A stretch of 64,000 nt of DNA, taken from Anaerolineales bacterium (GTDB lineage: Bacteria; Chloroflexota; Anaerolineae; Anaerolineales; E44-bin32). The stretch lies in the NCBI GenBank assembly GCA_034430795.1, contig DAOUDJ010000222.1:5481-69480 (forward strand), written 5' to 3'. Shown in pieces: positions 27,934-37,396 of this stretch (within the stretch, counting starts at the first letter, position 1; every line of letters begins with the position of its first letter). Under the pieces are notes generated by a model. That model was not told the origin of the DNA, did no database searches, and saw only the letters and a list, made by a program, of their open reading frames with translations. The translations under genes were made by a program, and so were the position numbers.

Positions 27934-30900
27934 TTATGGCTGAAGTTGAAGCACCCATCGATCAACAACATGAGCCGCCTGAAAAAGAAAGATCCAGGGT
28001 TCTTTCGGATCTTACTGTTGGGATTCTTCTTATCGCGGTTCTCGGTCTGGCTGCGTACCTGCGTTTCACCGGCTTGAATTGGGATTCTCACACCCATCTC
28101 CACCCGGATGAACGCTTTCTTACGATGGTTGAGACCTCGATCCAACTTCCGCAGTCGATCGGGGAATATTTCAGCACCGAGACATCCCCTCTCAATCCGC
28201 ATAACGTTGGGCATGGCTTCTTCGTCTATGGTTCACTCCCGATCTTCCTCGTCCGCTATCTCGCTGAATGGACCGGGATGTCTGGCTATGACCAGGTACA
28301 TCTTCTAGGGAGGGCTGTTTCGGGAATATCCGATCTTGTATCGATCCTTCTGATATACCTGATCGGGGAAAGACTCTTCAATCGTCGGGTCGGGATTCTG
28401 GCAGCGCTGTTTACAGCCCTTTCGGTTTTGTTGATTCAACATGCGCATTTCTTCGTCGTCGACCCACTCGCCAATGTCTTTATCCTCGCCGGACTATATT
28501 TCTCGGTTCGAGTTATCGGCCAGGGGAAGCTCAGTGACTATCTTCTTTTCGGGGTCATGCTGGGGCTGGCGGTGGCCTCCAAAATCAGCGCTGCCCCTCT
28601 GGCGGTTGCTGTAGCGCTTGCTGGACTCACGAATATCCTTAGCGCCCCCTCGGATCAAAGGTCTGCTGTTTTCTCACGCACACTCACTTTCTTACTCGGC
28701 GCAGCGCTCCTGTCACTTCTTGTCTTCCGTATTTTCCAACCTTACGCTTTTGAAGGGCCGGGCTTCCTTGACGTGAGGTTCAACCCGAAGTGGCTGGCGA
28801 ATATGGCGGAGGTCCGAAGCCAGCAGGCAGGGAACACCGATGCTCCTTATGCGCTTCAGTGGGCTAATCGCGCGCCGGTCTTTTTCTCATTGAAAAATAT
28901 GATTTTATGGGGAATGGGCATACCGCTCGCGATCCTGGGCTGGATCGGTTTGGGCTGGGCTCTTGTCGAGATGATCCGCGGACGGTGGGAGCGGTATTTG
29001 ATCCCGGTGGTCTGGACAGCCGGCATGTTCATCTGGCAGTCGATCAATTTCACCAAGGCGATGCGCTACCAGCTGCCTGTTTATCCGACACTGGCATTAC
29101 TGGCAGCCTGGGTACTCTGGCATGTATGGGAGAGTGTCCCGCAGCTCAACGCCCAATGGCGAAAGGCAGCCCGAATCGGTGTGTTGTTGGTTGGATCAAT
29201 CACCATCCTGGGGACAGCTTTGTGGGCATATGCCTTCCACTCGATATACTCGGAGCCACTCACCCGGGTATCCGCATCGCGATGGATTTACAGGAATGTT
29301 CCGGCTGTCGTTAATCTGGTTGTAGAAGCAGACGGGGAAACGTTTTACGAGACAATCCCCATGCCCATACCCTATGATCTAAGCTCCGGTGACACCTATA
29401 CAACGGAGATCTCCACAGACGTCGCCGGAGTTATCAGCAGCGTTCTTCTACCCTATGTCTCGACGAATGATGGTAAGGACGGCATCCTGGGTCTTTCTGT
29501 AACGCTTGCAGATGAGCCAAACGCCGGATCCATATATGCGCGCGGGGAATTCCGCAGCGATGTACTCGCGGGCGAAGAAGCTCGGGTTGAAATCCAACTC
29601 GATCGATCCTTTAATATCGACCCAGATACTCGTCTGTTCCTGATTCTCGAGAATATCGGTGAGCCATCCCTGCATATGCGCCCATCTCTCCTGGTGCATG
29701 AAACTACCTGGGATGATGGCCTGCCGTGGGGGGTGGATGGCCGAGGGCTTGGCGGCAGATATGAGGTGCACAATCTTGAACTTTATTGGCACGATAACCA
29801 GGACGATGATGATAACGGAATCCCCGATAAGTTAGAGAGGATCGTGCAGTATTTGGAGCAGGGGGATTATCTTATGATCTCCTCTAACCGCCAGTATGGA
29901 ACGATCCCCCGCGTTCCAATCCGCTACCCACTTACTGCTGCCTATTACCGTGAGCTTTTCGGCTGCCCTGATGGAATGGATGTTCCCACGTGTGGTGCGA
30001 CCGCAGAGGTGGGATTGTACGCGGGCCGCTTAGGGTATTCACTCGTTGAGGTTTTTGAAAGTCACCCCTCAATTGGGGCGCTGAAAATCAACGATCAGTT
30101 CGCGGAAGAAGCCTTTACAGTCTATGACCATCCGAAGGTGTTGATCTTTAAGCGGGATGCAGATTTCAGCGCGGAAAAGGTCTTTGACTTTCTTTCCCAG
30201 GTCGACGTGAGCGGCGTCGTCCATGTGCTGCCAAAGGATGCCGGCGATACAGGGCAGGACTTACTGCTCTCGGCGGATAAATGGCAGAAACAGCAGGAGG
30301 AGGGCACCTGGTCAGAGATCTTCAACACAGAGAGCATCGTTAACCGCTCGGGATTGTTGAGCGCCATCCTCTGGTGGGTGGCGTTGGGTATTCTGGGTCT
30401 TCTGGTTTATCCCATAACGAGGGTCGTCTTCCGCAGCTTCCATGATGGCGGTTATGCGCTCTCGCGGTTGATTGGGCTGCTGCTATTCTCTTGGGGCGCT
30501 TGGATCTTCGGGAGCCTTGGGGTCACAGTCAGCCGCTTGACGCTCAGCATTGTGCTGCTGCTGCTCGCGGGTATTTCCTTCACCCTAGCATTGCGTGACC
30601 GAGAAGAACTTTCTACATTCTTCCGGACGCAATGGCGAGATATCCTTTGGGTAGAGGTTTTTGCGCTCAGTTTTTTCCTCGTGGATCTCGGGATTCGATA
30701 CGGGAACCCTGATTTATGGCATCCAGCAAAGGGTGGGGAGAAGCCGATGGACTTCTCCTATCTAAACGCCGTAATTAAGAGCTCAACCTTCCCTCCTTAT
30801 GATCCCTGGTTCGCTGGGGGGTATATCAACTACTACTACTACGGTTTCGTCCTCGTCGGAATGCCGGTGAAATTGCTGGGCATCGTCCCGGCGACAGCCT

Positions 30901-32897
30901 ACAATCTCATTATCCCAACGCTCTTCTCGATCCTGGCATTGTGCGCGTACAGCATGGGCTACCATCTTGTACGTTCGATTTCTCATAATATGTCTCTTCG
31001 CGTTAGGGCCAATCCCAAATTGGCGGGTCTCATCGCCGCGCTCCTGCTTGTGGTTTTTGGAAATCTGGGCACGGCCAGGATGTTCTATGATGGTTTCAAA
31101 CAGGTTGGCACCCCGGCAGGGGTTGAAGAGGGGAGCTTCATTGTTGGGGCGGGTCAAGCAGCCAAGGGATTTGTAAACTATCTGACGTACAAGTCTCCGC
31201 TTCCCTACCCGATGGACCAATGGTATTGGAACCCGAGCCGGATGATTACCCCCGGTGAGGGTGAGCCAGGGCCAATCACAGAATTCCCCTTCTTCACTTT
31301 CCTGTACGCTGATCTGCATGCTCACATGATCAGCCGCTCACTCACAATCCTTAGCCTGGCGTGGGGTTTATCGTGGATTCTTTCCGTTTCCCAGCGTCGC
31401 CGTCGAGGGAAAATCGACATCGCCCTGGCGTTGTTTGTGGGCGGTTTAACGCTTGGCGCGCTGCGACCTATTAACACATGGGATTTTCCCGTGTATTGGG
31501 TATTAGGAGTACTTGCAGTCCTCTACGCTGTGTGGTGGCGCGATCGAAAATTTGATCTACCACAAATTGCAGAAGCAGGTCTATATGCCATCCTGCTTTT
31601 AGCATTTTCGCAGTTCCTTTATCAACCGTACCATCAGTGGTACGGGCAGGGATATTTGTCCGCAGAGATCTGGAAGGGGTCTCTGACGTCCATGATTGAT
31701 TATCTGACGGTGCATGGAGTCTTCCTCTTCCTGATTGCAGCCTGGATGGTATGGGAAACTCGCGAGTGGATGGCCCAAACTCCGATTTCAGAACTGAACC
31801 GGCTGCGGCCGATTGCGACGTGGATTGGATCTGCGGCTTTCCTCATTGTGGCAGTTACCGCCTGGCTTGCGGGTATTGGATATCAGATTGCACTGATCGT
31901 CATCCCTCTCGGCGCTTGGGCGATGATACTGCTGCTGCGACCAGATCTTGCCTTAGGCAAGCGGATCGTGCTTTTCATCGTAGGAACTGGGCTGGTTCTT
32001 ACGTTTGTCGTGGAGGTCGTGGTACTCAAGGGGGATATCGGTCGCATGAACACGGTCTTCAAATTCTACCTCCAGGTGTGGGAGCTCTTCAGCCTGGCTG
32101 CAGCTGCAGCTCTCGCATGGACGTACACCTCACTTCCGAAATGGGATCGCGTATGGCGGTGGGGCTGGCTGACGGCAACGGTTTTGCTTTTATTCTCTGC
32201 CGCGTTGTATCCCCTCACGGCATCTATATCGAAAGTCCGGGATCGGATGACGGTAACCGCGCCGCGGACGCTCGACGGCATGCTCTATATGGATTACGCC
32301 GTCCGCTTCGAATTGGGCGAGAAACTATCCTTGGGAGAGGATTATCAAGCGATTCGTTGGATGCAGGAAAATGTCGAGGGTTCACCGGTTATCGTTGAAG
32401 CGAATATTCCTGAGTATCGTTGGGGTTCGCGTTATTCGATCTACACCGGACTCCCGGGTGTCCTGGGATGGCGCTGGCATCAAACCCAGCAGCGCGTCGC
32501 CGCGGAAAACACTGAGACGGACGAACGGCTATTCCAAATAACAAATTTCTACCTCACACGAACGATCGCAGAAGCGAAAGAATTCCTCGCTGAATATAAT
32601 GTTAAGTATGTCGTCGTCGGCGAGCTGGAACGCGCTTATTACGCCGAGGTCTATCCGTGCTGGCCGGATGCGAGTGTACCGGGCATATCCTGTGATCTGC
32701 GCGGTTGGCCGCTGGGCATGCCGACATCGTTCCCGATCTCGCCTGACGAATGTGAACTGGAACACCCCGAGGATGAAACCTCGAGCCTGCGCTGCCCGAC
32801 ACATGCTCTGGATAAATTCCCCGCCATGGAATCTGAAGGAAGTCTCCTCGCCGTCTTCCAGGATGGGAAAACGGTGATCTATGAGGTTGTAAAGTGA
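27930..32897 (+). CDS. 1655-aa fusion: N-terminal GT-C (TIGR03663/PMT_2-like, 'HPDERF') module + soluble domain + C-terminal DUF2298 'Chlor_Arch_YYY' module
   Basis: GTGA overlap upstream. 'HPDERF' lies in the first loop (28101-28118). 'EKPMDFSYLNAVIKSSTFPPYDPWFAGGYINYYYYG' (30738-30845). The C-terminal half is paralogous to the next gene. Confidence 0.8.
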   Translation: MIMAEVEAPIDQQHEPPEKERSRVLSDLTVGILLIAVLGLAAYLRFTGLNWDSHTHLHPDERFLTMVETSIQLPQSIGEYFSTETSPLNPHNVGHGFFVYGSLPIFLVRYLAEWTGMSGYDQVHLLGRAVSGISDLVSILLIYLIGERLFNRRVGILAALFTALSVLLIQHAHFFVVDPLANVFILAGLYFSVRVIGQGKLSDYLLFGVMLGLAVASKISAAPLAVAVALAGLTNILSAPSDQRSAVFSRTLTFLLGAALLSLLVFRIFQPYAFEGPGFLDVRFNPKWLANMAEVRSQQAGNTDAPYALQWANRAPVFFSLKNMILWGMGIPLAILGWIGLGWALVEMIRGRWERYLIPVVWTAGMFIWQSINFTKAMRYQLPVYPTLALLAAWVLWHVWESVPQLNAQWRKAARIGVLLVGSITILGTALWAYAFHSIYSEPLTRVSASRWIYRNVPAVVNLVVEADGETFYETIPMPIPYDLSSGDTYTTEISTDVAGVISSVLLPYVSTNDGKDGILGLSVTLADEPNAGSIYARGEFRSDVLAGEEARVEIQLDRSFNIDPDTRLFLILENIGEPSLHMRPSLLVHETTWDDGLPWGVDGRGLGGRYEVHNLELYWHDNQDDDDNGIPDKLERIVQYLEQGDYLMISSNRQYGTIPRVPIRYPLTAAYYRELFGCPDGMDVPTCGATAEVGLYAGRLGYSLVEVFESHPSIGALKINDQFAEEAFTVYDHPKVLIFKRDADFSAEKVFDFLSQVDVSGVVHVLPKDAGDTGQDLLLSADKWQKQQEEGTWSEIFNTESIVNRSGLLSAILWWVALGILGLLVYPITRVVFRSFHDGGYALSRLIGLLLFSWGAWIFGSLGVTVSRLTLSIVLLLLAGISFTLALRDREELSTFFRTQWRDILWVEVFALSFFLVDLGIRYGNPDLWHPAKGGEKPMDFSYLNAVIKSSTFPPYDPWFAGGYINYYYYGFVLVGMPVKLLGIVPATAYNLIIPTLFSILALCAYSMGYHLVRSISHNMSLRVRANPKLAGLIAALLLVVFGNLGTARMFYDGFKQVGTPAGVEEGSFIVGAGQAAKGFVNYLTYKSPLPYPMDQWYWNPSRMITPGEGEPGPITEFPFFTFLYADLHAHMISRSLTILSLAWGLSWILSVSQRRRRGKIDIALALFVGGLTLGALRPINTWDFPVYWVLGVLAVLYAVWWRDRKFDLPQIAEAGLYAILLLAFSQFLYQPYHQWYGQGYLSAEIWKGSLTSMIDYLTVHGVFLFLIAAWMVWETREWMAQTPISELNRLRPIATWIGSAAFLIVAVTAWLAGIGYQIALIVIPLGAWAMILLLRPDLALGKRIVLFIVGTGLVLTFVVEVVVLKGDIGRMNTVFKFYLQVWELFSLAAAAALAWTYTSLPKWDRVWRWGWLTATVLLLFSAALYPLTASISKVRDRMTVTAPRTLDGMLYMDYAVRFELGEKLSLGEDYQAIRWMQENVEGSPVIVEANIPEYRWGSRYSIYTGLPGVLGWRWHQTQQRVAAENTETDERLFQITNFYLTRTIAEAKEFLAEYNVKYVVVGELERAYYAEVYPCWPDASVPGISCDLRGWPLGMPTSFPISPDECELEHPEDETSSLRCPTHALDKFPAMESEGSLLAVFQDGKTVIYEVVK

Positions 32898-35542
32898 TCC
32901 AAGACGTCTTCACCTGGTGGTTGATAAGCACGTTGGTAGGCGCTATGGCGCTGCCAATTGCATGGCGGATCTTCGGACGGCTCGAGGACCGCGGTTATGG
33001 TTTCGCCAGGGCTCTAGGGCTGCTCTTGACCGGATATATTTTCTGGATGGGAGCCACGCTGCGGCTTTTCCAACCGAGCCTTGGTGGAGCGGTGATGGCG
33101 CTTCTTGCGCTCTTGGTGTTGAGCGTCTGGATTGGTCGTAGCACGTGGCGCGATGTTCTTGATTGGCTCAAAGAACACCGTTCCACAGTTCTAATCATGG
33201 AGATCCTTTTCCTGCTCGCGTTCTTGGCTTGGGCGTTTGTGCGGGCGAACAACCCGGAAATCACCGGAACAGAAAAACCGATGGAGCTCGCGTTCCTAAA
33301 TTCGATTCTGCGCTCAGACAGCTTCCCACCTCACGATCCATGGCTCTCGGGCTATGCGATCTCCTATTATTACTTCGGCTATATACTTCTGGCCTTGCTC
33401 ACTCGGCTCACGGGCGTTGCCTCTGGGGTCGCCTTCAATCTTGGGAATAGTCTCTGGTTTGCGCTGGTCGCCTTGGGCACATACTCTCTCGCATATAATT
33501 TCCTCTCCCGACGGACGCCCGGACGTGTTAAACGATTTTCACCGCTTCTTGCGCCGCTCTTCGTCTTGATCAGCGGAAATTTAGGAGCCTTCCTCGAGGT
33601 CCTTTATTCAAAATACATCTTCTGGACGACGACCACCACCGGTGTTTTTTTGACGTCGCCGTTCTGGACCTGGATTGGACTTGAGGATCTGGAAAAACCG
33701 CCCTCGCTCTTGCTCGAAGCGAGTTGGATGCCGCAACGATACTTGTGGTGGTGGCGTTCATCACGCGTGATCAGGGATCTCGACCTCAATGGTCTTCCAC
33801 TCGGATTACAGTCGATCGACGAATTCCCGTTCTTCACTTTCCTGCTTGCAGACAATCACCCCCACCTTTTAGCGATGCCCTTCGTACTCATGGTAATCGC
33901 ATTCGCTTTCCAGGTTTTCCTCCAGGGACAGCGGACACCTCTTCGTTTGGGAGAGGTGAAGTGGACTCACAGCCTGCGTAAAAATCTGTTAATTGCCCTG
34001 GGTTTGGTATTGGCGATCGTCGTGGTCGTCCTGGGAATGAAAGCCGGAGCGGCAGATCTGGGGATATCCGCGGCATTCATTTCAATTATTAAAGGTATCG
34101 TGACAAGCGGGATTATATTTGGGGCTATGCTTCTTGTCGGGGCGATCGCAGGCGGCTTGCTCCCATCTTCTCTCAATAAGCTCGAATTCTGGTTCGGAGC
34201 ATGGCTCTTCGGGGCGCTGGCTTTCTTGAATACCTGGGATTTCCCGATTTATTTCATCTTGCTCTTCTGTGTGATGATCTGGAGGAGTCGTACGCTCCCG
34301 CTTACAGTTTGGGTTAAATCGGTGCTCACGACGAGCTTCGCATTCATCGTAGCTGCCATCCTGCTTTATATTCCCTGGTATCCATCGTTCTCATCACAGG
34401 CAGGCGGTATCCTGCCGCACTTGATGCATCCCACTCGTTTTCTCCATTTCTTCATCATGTTCGCGGTCTTGTTCATCCCTTTGACTGTCTGGCTTATCAT
34501 GCGAGTGATGCAGGGGAGAAGGCGATCGGAGGGGAAGTGGCTTTTCGGAATAAGCCTGGGATTCCCGCTCGCACTCTTGATCCTCTCGTGGCTTTTCGCA
34601 GCAATGATTTACCTCGTGGGTGCAAACGTCATCGGAATGGGGGCGATCCTCAGCAGCATGGGGATGGACAGCCTCCGCGATGCCGCTCGAGCGACAATCA
34701 CTATCCGATTAACGCAGTCGTGGACAGCGATCGGCTTGGGCGTGATGATCGCCGCCACCGTTGTGCTCATCAGACGTGTATGGAAAGACTCTCCGAGCGA
34801 TACCAAACCAGGTCCTTTCATTCTTATGATGATCACGATTGGGGCGCTCTTGATACTTGGTCCTGAGTTTTTCTATCTCAAAGACCAATTCGGGCTGCGC
34901 ATGAATACGATTTTTAAATTCTACTTTGCTGCCTGGGTCTTTTGGGGCCTTGCCGCAGCATACGTGATGGATGTGATCTGGTCCAAACGGAGTGCGAAGA
35001 TGATCCCCGTGCAGATACTCACGGTTCTCCCATTGCTTGCCGGGCTCATGTATCCTGCCCTATCCGTGTGGACGAAAACAAACGGCTTAAACCCGGTCCA
35101 TGGCCGAACGTTGAATGGAGCTTTGCACCCTGCCTACGCGAGCGAAGCGGATCGTGACGCGATCCAATGGATGAGCGATAATTTGGATGTCGGGGTTGTT
35201 GCGGAAGCCGTCGGTGGTAGTTATTCGTACTTTGCGAGAGTATCTGTGCATACGGGATTCCCGACCATTATCGGTTGGCCTGGTCATGAAAGCCAGTGGC
35301 GCGGCGGATACCAGTACCACGGAACGCGGGAAGAGGATGTCAGGACACTGTATAAGTCGCCAGATTGGGAACAAACTCAAGAGATACTGAAAACCTATAA
35401 TGTGAAGTATGTATACATTGGAGAACTTGAGCGAATGGCATACCCACCCATCTTTGATGGAAAATTTGATGCATTCATGGAACTGGTTTACCAAAACGAC
35501 AGGGTTAAAATCTACGCTAGAAGAGCAGGTGACTCCTCTTGA
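32894..35542 (+). CDS. DUF2298 / 'Chlor_Arch_YYY' domain membrane protein, 882 aa
   Basis: GTGA overlap upstream. 'TEKPMELAFLNSILRSDSFPPHDPWLSGYAISYYYFG' (33272-33379). The C-terminal soluble domain 'GFPTIIGWPGHESQWRG...YNVKYVYIGELER' parallels that of the 1655-aa protein. Confidence 0.8.
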   Translation: MIQDVFTWWLISTLVGAMALPIAWRIFGRLEDRGYGFARALGLLLTGYIFWMGATLRLFQPSLGGAVMALLALLVLSVWIGRSTWRDVLDWLKEHRSTVLIMEILFLLAFLAWAFVRANNPEITGTEKPMELAFLNSILRSDSFPPHDPWLSGYAISYYYFGYILLALLTRLTGVASGVAFNLGNSLWFALVALGTYSLAYNFLSRRTPGRVKRFSPLLAPLFVLISGNLGAFLEVLYSKYIFWTTTTTGVFLTSPFWTWIGLEDLEKPPSLLLEASWMPQRYLWWWRSSRVIRDLDLNGLPLGLQSIDEFPFFTFLLADNHPHLLAMPFVLMVIAFAFQVFLQGQRTPLRLGEVKWTHSLRKNLLIALGLVLAIVVVVLGMKAGAADLGISAAFISIIKGIVTSGIIFGAMLLVGAIAGGLLPSSLNKLEFWFGAWLFGALAFLNTWDFPIYFILLFCVMIWRSRTLPLTVWVKSVLTTSFAFIVAAILLYIPWYPSFSSQAGGILPHLMHPTRFLHFFIMFAVLFIPLTVWLIMRVMQGRRRSEGKWLFGISLGFPLALLILSWLFAAMIYLVGANVIGMGAILSSMGMDSLRDAARATITIRLTQSWTAIGLGVMIAATVVLIRRVWKDSPSDTKPGPFILMMITIGALLILGPEFFYLKDQFGLRMNTIFKFYFAAWVFWGLAAAYVMDVIWSKRSAKMIPVQILTVLPLLAGLMYPALSVWTKTNGLNPVHGRTLNGALHPAYASEADRDAIQWMSDNLDVGVVAEAVGGSYSYFARVSVHTGFPTIIGWPGHESQWRGGYQYHGTREEDVRTLYKSPDWEQTQEILKTYNVKYVYIGELERMAYPPIFDGKFDAFMELVYQNDRVKIYARRAGDSS

Positions 35543-37308
35543 ATAATCATCGGAGCATCAGGCTGGATACTGTAATGCTCGCAATCTTGGTCGCGTTGAT
35601 TGCATGGACGCGGATTGCAGACTTAGGCAGGATTCCACTCACCGATACTGAAGCAGTTCATGCCCTTACAGCAGCATCGACGACTCCGGATGCTTCCCCC
35701 TTTTGGGATATGGATGGCGTGGCGGCACCGGTAAGTGCGAGCTATTACGTCTTCACCACCATGATCTTCCAACTCTTTGGTCCAACCGATGCAGCGGCGC
35801 GTATCGTTTCAGCGCTTGCCGGCATCGTGCTGGTTTTGAGCCCGTTGGTCCTGCGGAAACGAATTGGCACAGCCCGTTCGCTGATAGCAGTTCTGGTGCT
35901 GGCCATCGCCACGTCTGGTTGGACGAGCGCAAGAACCGCCGGCGGCTCAACTCTAGCAGCTGCGGGTCTGGCGGTCTTCGTATTCCTCGCCTGGTCGTCG
36001 GACACAGCTGACGATAAACGGGTTCGGCTTCTGCTCGCGGCAGGCGCGCTTGGCTTCGCGTTTGCGTCAGGACCGACCATCGTCCAAGGTTTGTTCGGTC
36101 TGCTGGTTGGATTCGGCCTGTCACGCCTGCTTGCATCCCGGCATCGGAAACCATTTGAAGAATTTATACGTTTAATTGCAGTTAAATCTAGCCTTTGGGT
36201 TTCTCTTGTTGTGATGCTCCTTGTCGCCTCAGGCGCTGGTTTCTATTGGAATGGACTTGCCGGGTTGGGCGAATCCCTTACGCAATGGCTGCAAGGCTGG
36301 ACAGGGCCGGGTCTACATTCAGCAATTGCCTATGTCGTGATGCTCGTGAGTTATGAGCCTTTGTTTGTAGGGATTGGGCTCGTTGGAGCGGTTCTCGCCT
36401 GGTGGCGCAAAGATTCTCTCGGGCAGGCAGCCAGCCTATGGGTATTGGGCAGCCTGTTCAGCGGCCTTGTTTATCCTGCACGGGGTGCGGCGGATTTGAT
36501 CTTTGTGGTCCTTCCTTTAGCCCTTCTGGTATCTTATACCGTCTCGATTTTGATTGAACGAATTGCCCGCCGTCGCGTCGGACTCGAATTAGTAGGTCTT
36601 GCCAGTGTGCTCCTGGTGCTGACAGCTTCTGCCTGGATATCGCTTGCCGGCTACGCAAATGGTTACATCTTGGAGTACACACCGACCGACCCGGGGCTAA
36701 TCCTGCTTGTATTTAGCGCATTGATTATTATGGCGGTTAGCCTACTTTTATTCTTTGGCTTGGGATGGTCCTGGGATGTTGTGGCCGATGTGCTTGGGAT
36801 TACGGCTACGCTTGTGCTGGCAGCGATCACGCTCTCTGCAGCGTGGCGCTTGAATTTCGCGGCTCTTTCAACAGGCGCCAGGGAGATCTGGCGTCCTGAG
36901 GTAACTACGACTGGGATGCGGCTGCTCACGAATACACTCGATAATGCCTCACTCGCCTTCGCGGGCCGAAAAGATGAGATCGCTGTCGAGGTGCAATCTG
37001 AGGTCAACCCAGCACTGGCGTGGGCGCTGCGCGGTTACAATCGAGCGGGAGGTGAAATCAACTTACTTGTAGATCCCTCCCCGGCGGTCCTCGCTTTGGA
37101 GTCAAATTCTGCTACCAGTTTACTTACCGACTATATGGGCCAGGGGATGGCTTTGAAGGAGCGGCGTGATTGGGAAGGCAGTCTACCGCCGAATTTGCTG
37201 CGTTGGTTTGTGCTCCGCTCGGCGCCTACGGAATTCGAGCGTTGGATTCTCTGGGTGCGGATGGATATCGCCACTCTCGGCGATGTGGGGTTGTCCGATA
37301 TTGAATAA
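35539..37308 (+). CDS. polytopic GT-C-like membrane protein, 589 aa
   Basis: TTGA overlap upstream (alternative ATG at 35575). First loop 'RIPLTDTEAVHALTA' followed by 'FGPTDAAARIVSALAGIVLVL', the usual GT-C/PMT_2 N-terminal pattern. Soluble C-terminal domain. Confidence 0.6.
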   Translation: MNNHRSIRLDTVMLAILVALIAWTRIADLGRIPLTDTEAVHALTAASTTPDASPFWDMDGVAAPVSASYYVFTTMIFQLFGPTDAAARIVSALAGIVLVLSPLVLRKRIGTARSLIAVLVLAIATSGWTSARTAGGSTLAAAGLAVFVFLAWSSDTADDKRVRLLLAAGALGFAFASGPTIVQGLFGLLVGFGLSRLLASRHRKPFEEFIRLIAVKSSLWVSLVVMLLVASGAGFYWNGLAGLGESLTQWLQGWTGPGLHSAIAYVVMLVSYEPLFVGIGLVGAVLAWWRKDSLGQAASLWVLGSLFSGLVYPARGAADLIFVVLPLALLVSYTVSILIERIARRRVGLELVGLASVLLVLTASAWISLAGYANGYILEYTPTDPGLILLVFSALIIMAVSLLLFFGLGWSWDVVADVLGITATLVLAAITLSAAWRLNFAALSTGAREIWRPEVTTTGMRLLTNTLDNASLAFAGRKDEIAVEVQSEVNPALAWALRGYNRAGGEINLLVDPSPAVLALESNSATSLLTDYMGQGMALKERRDWEGSLPPNLLRWFVLRSAPTEFERWILWVRMDIATLGDVGLSDIE

Positions 37309-37396
37309 CGAGGATGTAGAGGTTGAGCCTGTTCCACTCTCAACTGTATATTCAGTTGTTAGGCAACAGCCAGCTATAGAGCAAGGAGATTGTCCA

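Noticed and set aside
30783-32398. ORFs 30783..31325 (-) and 31751..32398 (+, off-frame) inside the 1655-aa gene
   Set aside because: They are embedded in a long ORF that has clear paralogy to the neighbouring gene. Their products are Arg/Gly-rich with no hydrophobic periodicity.
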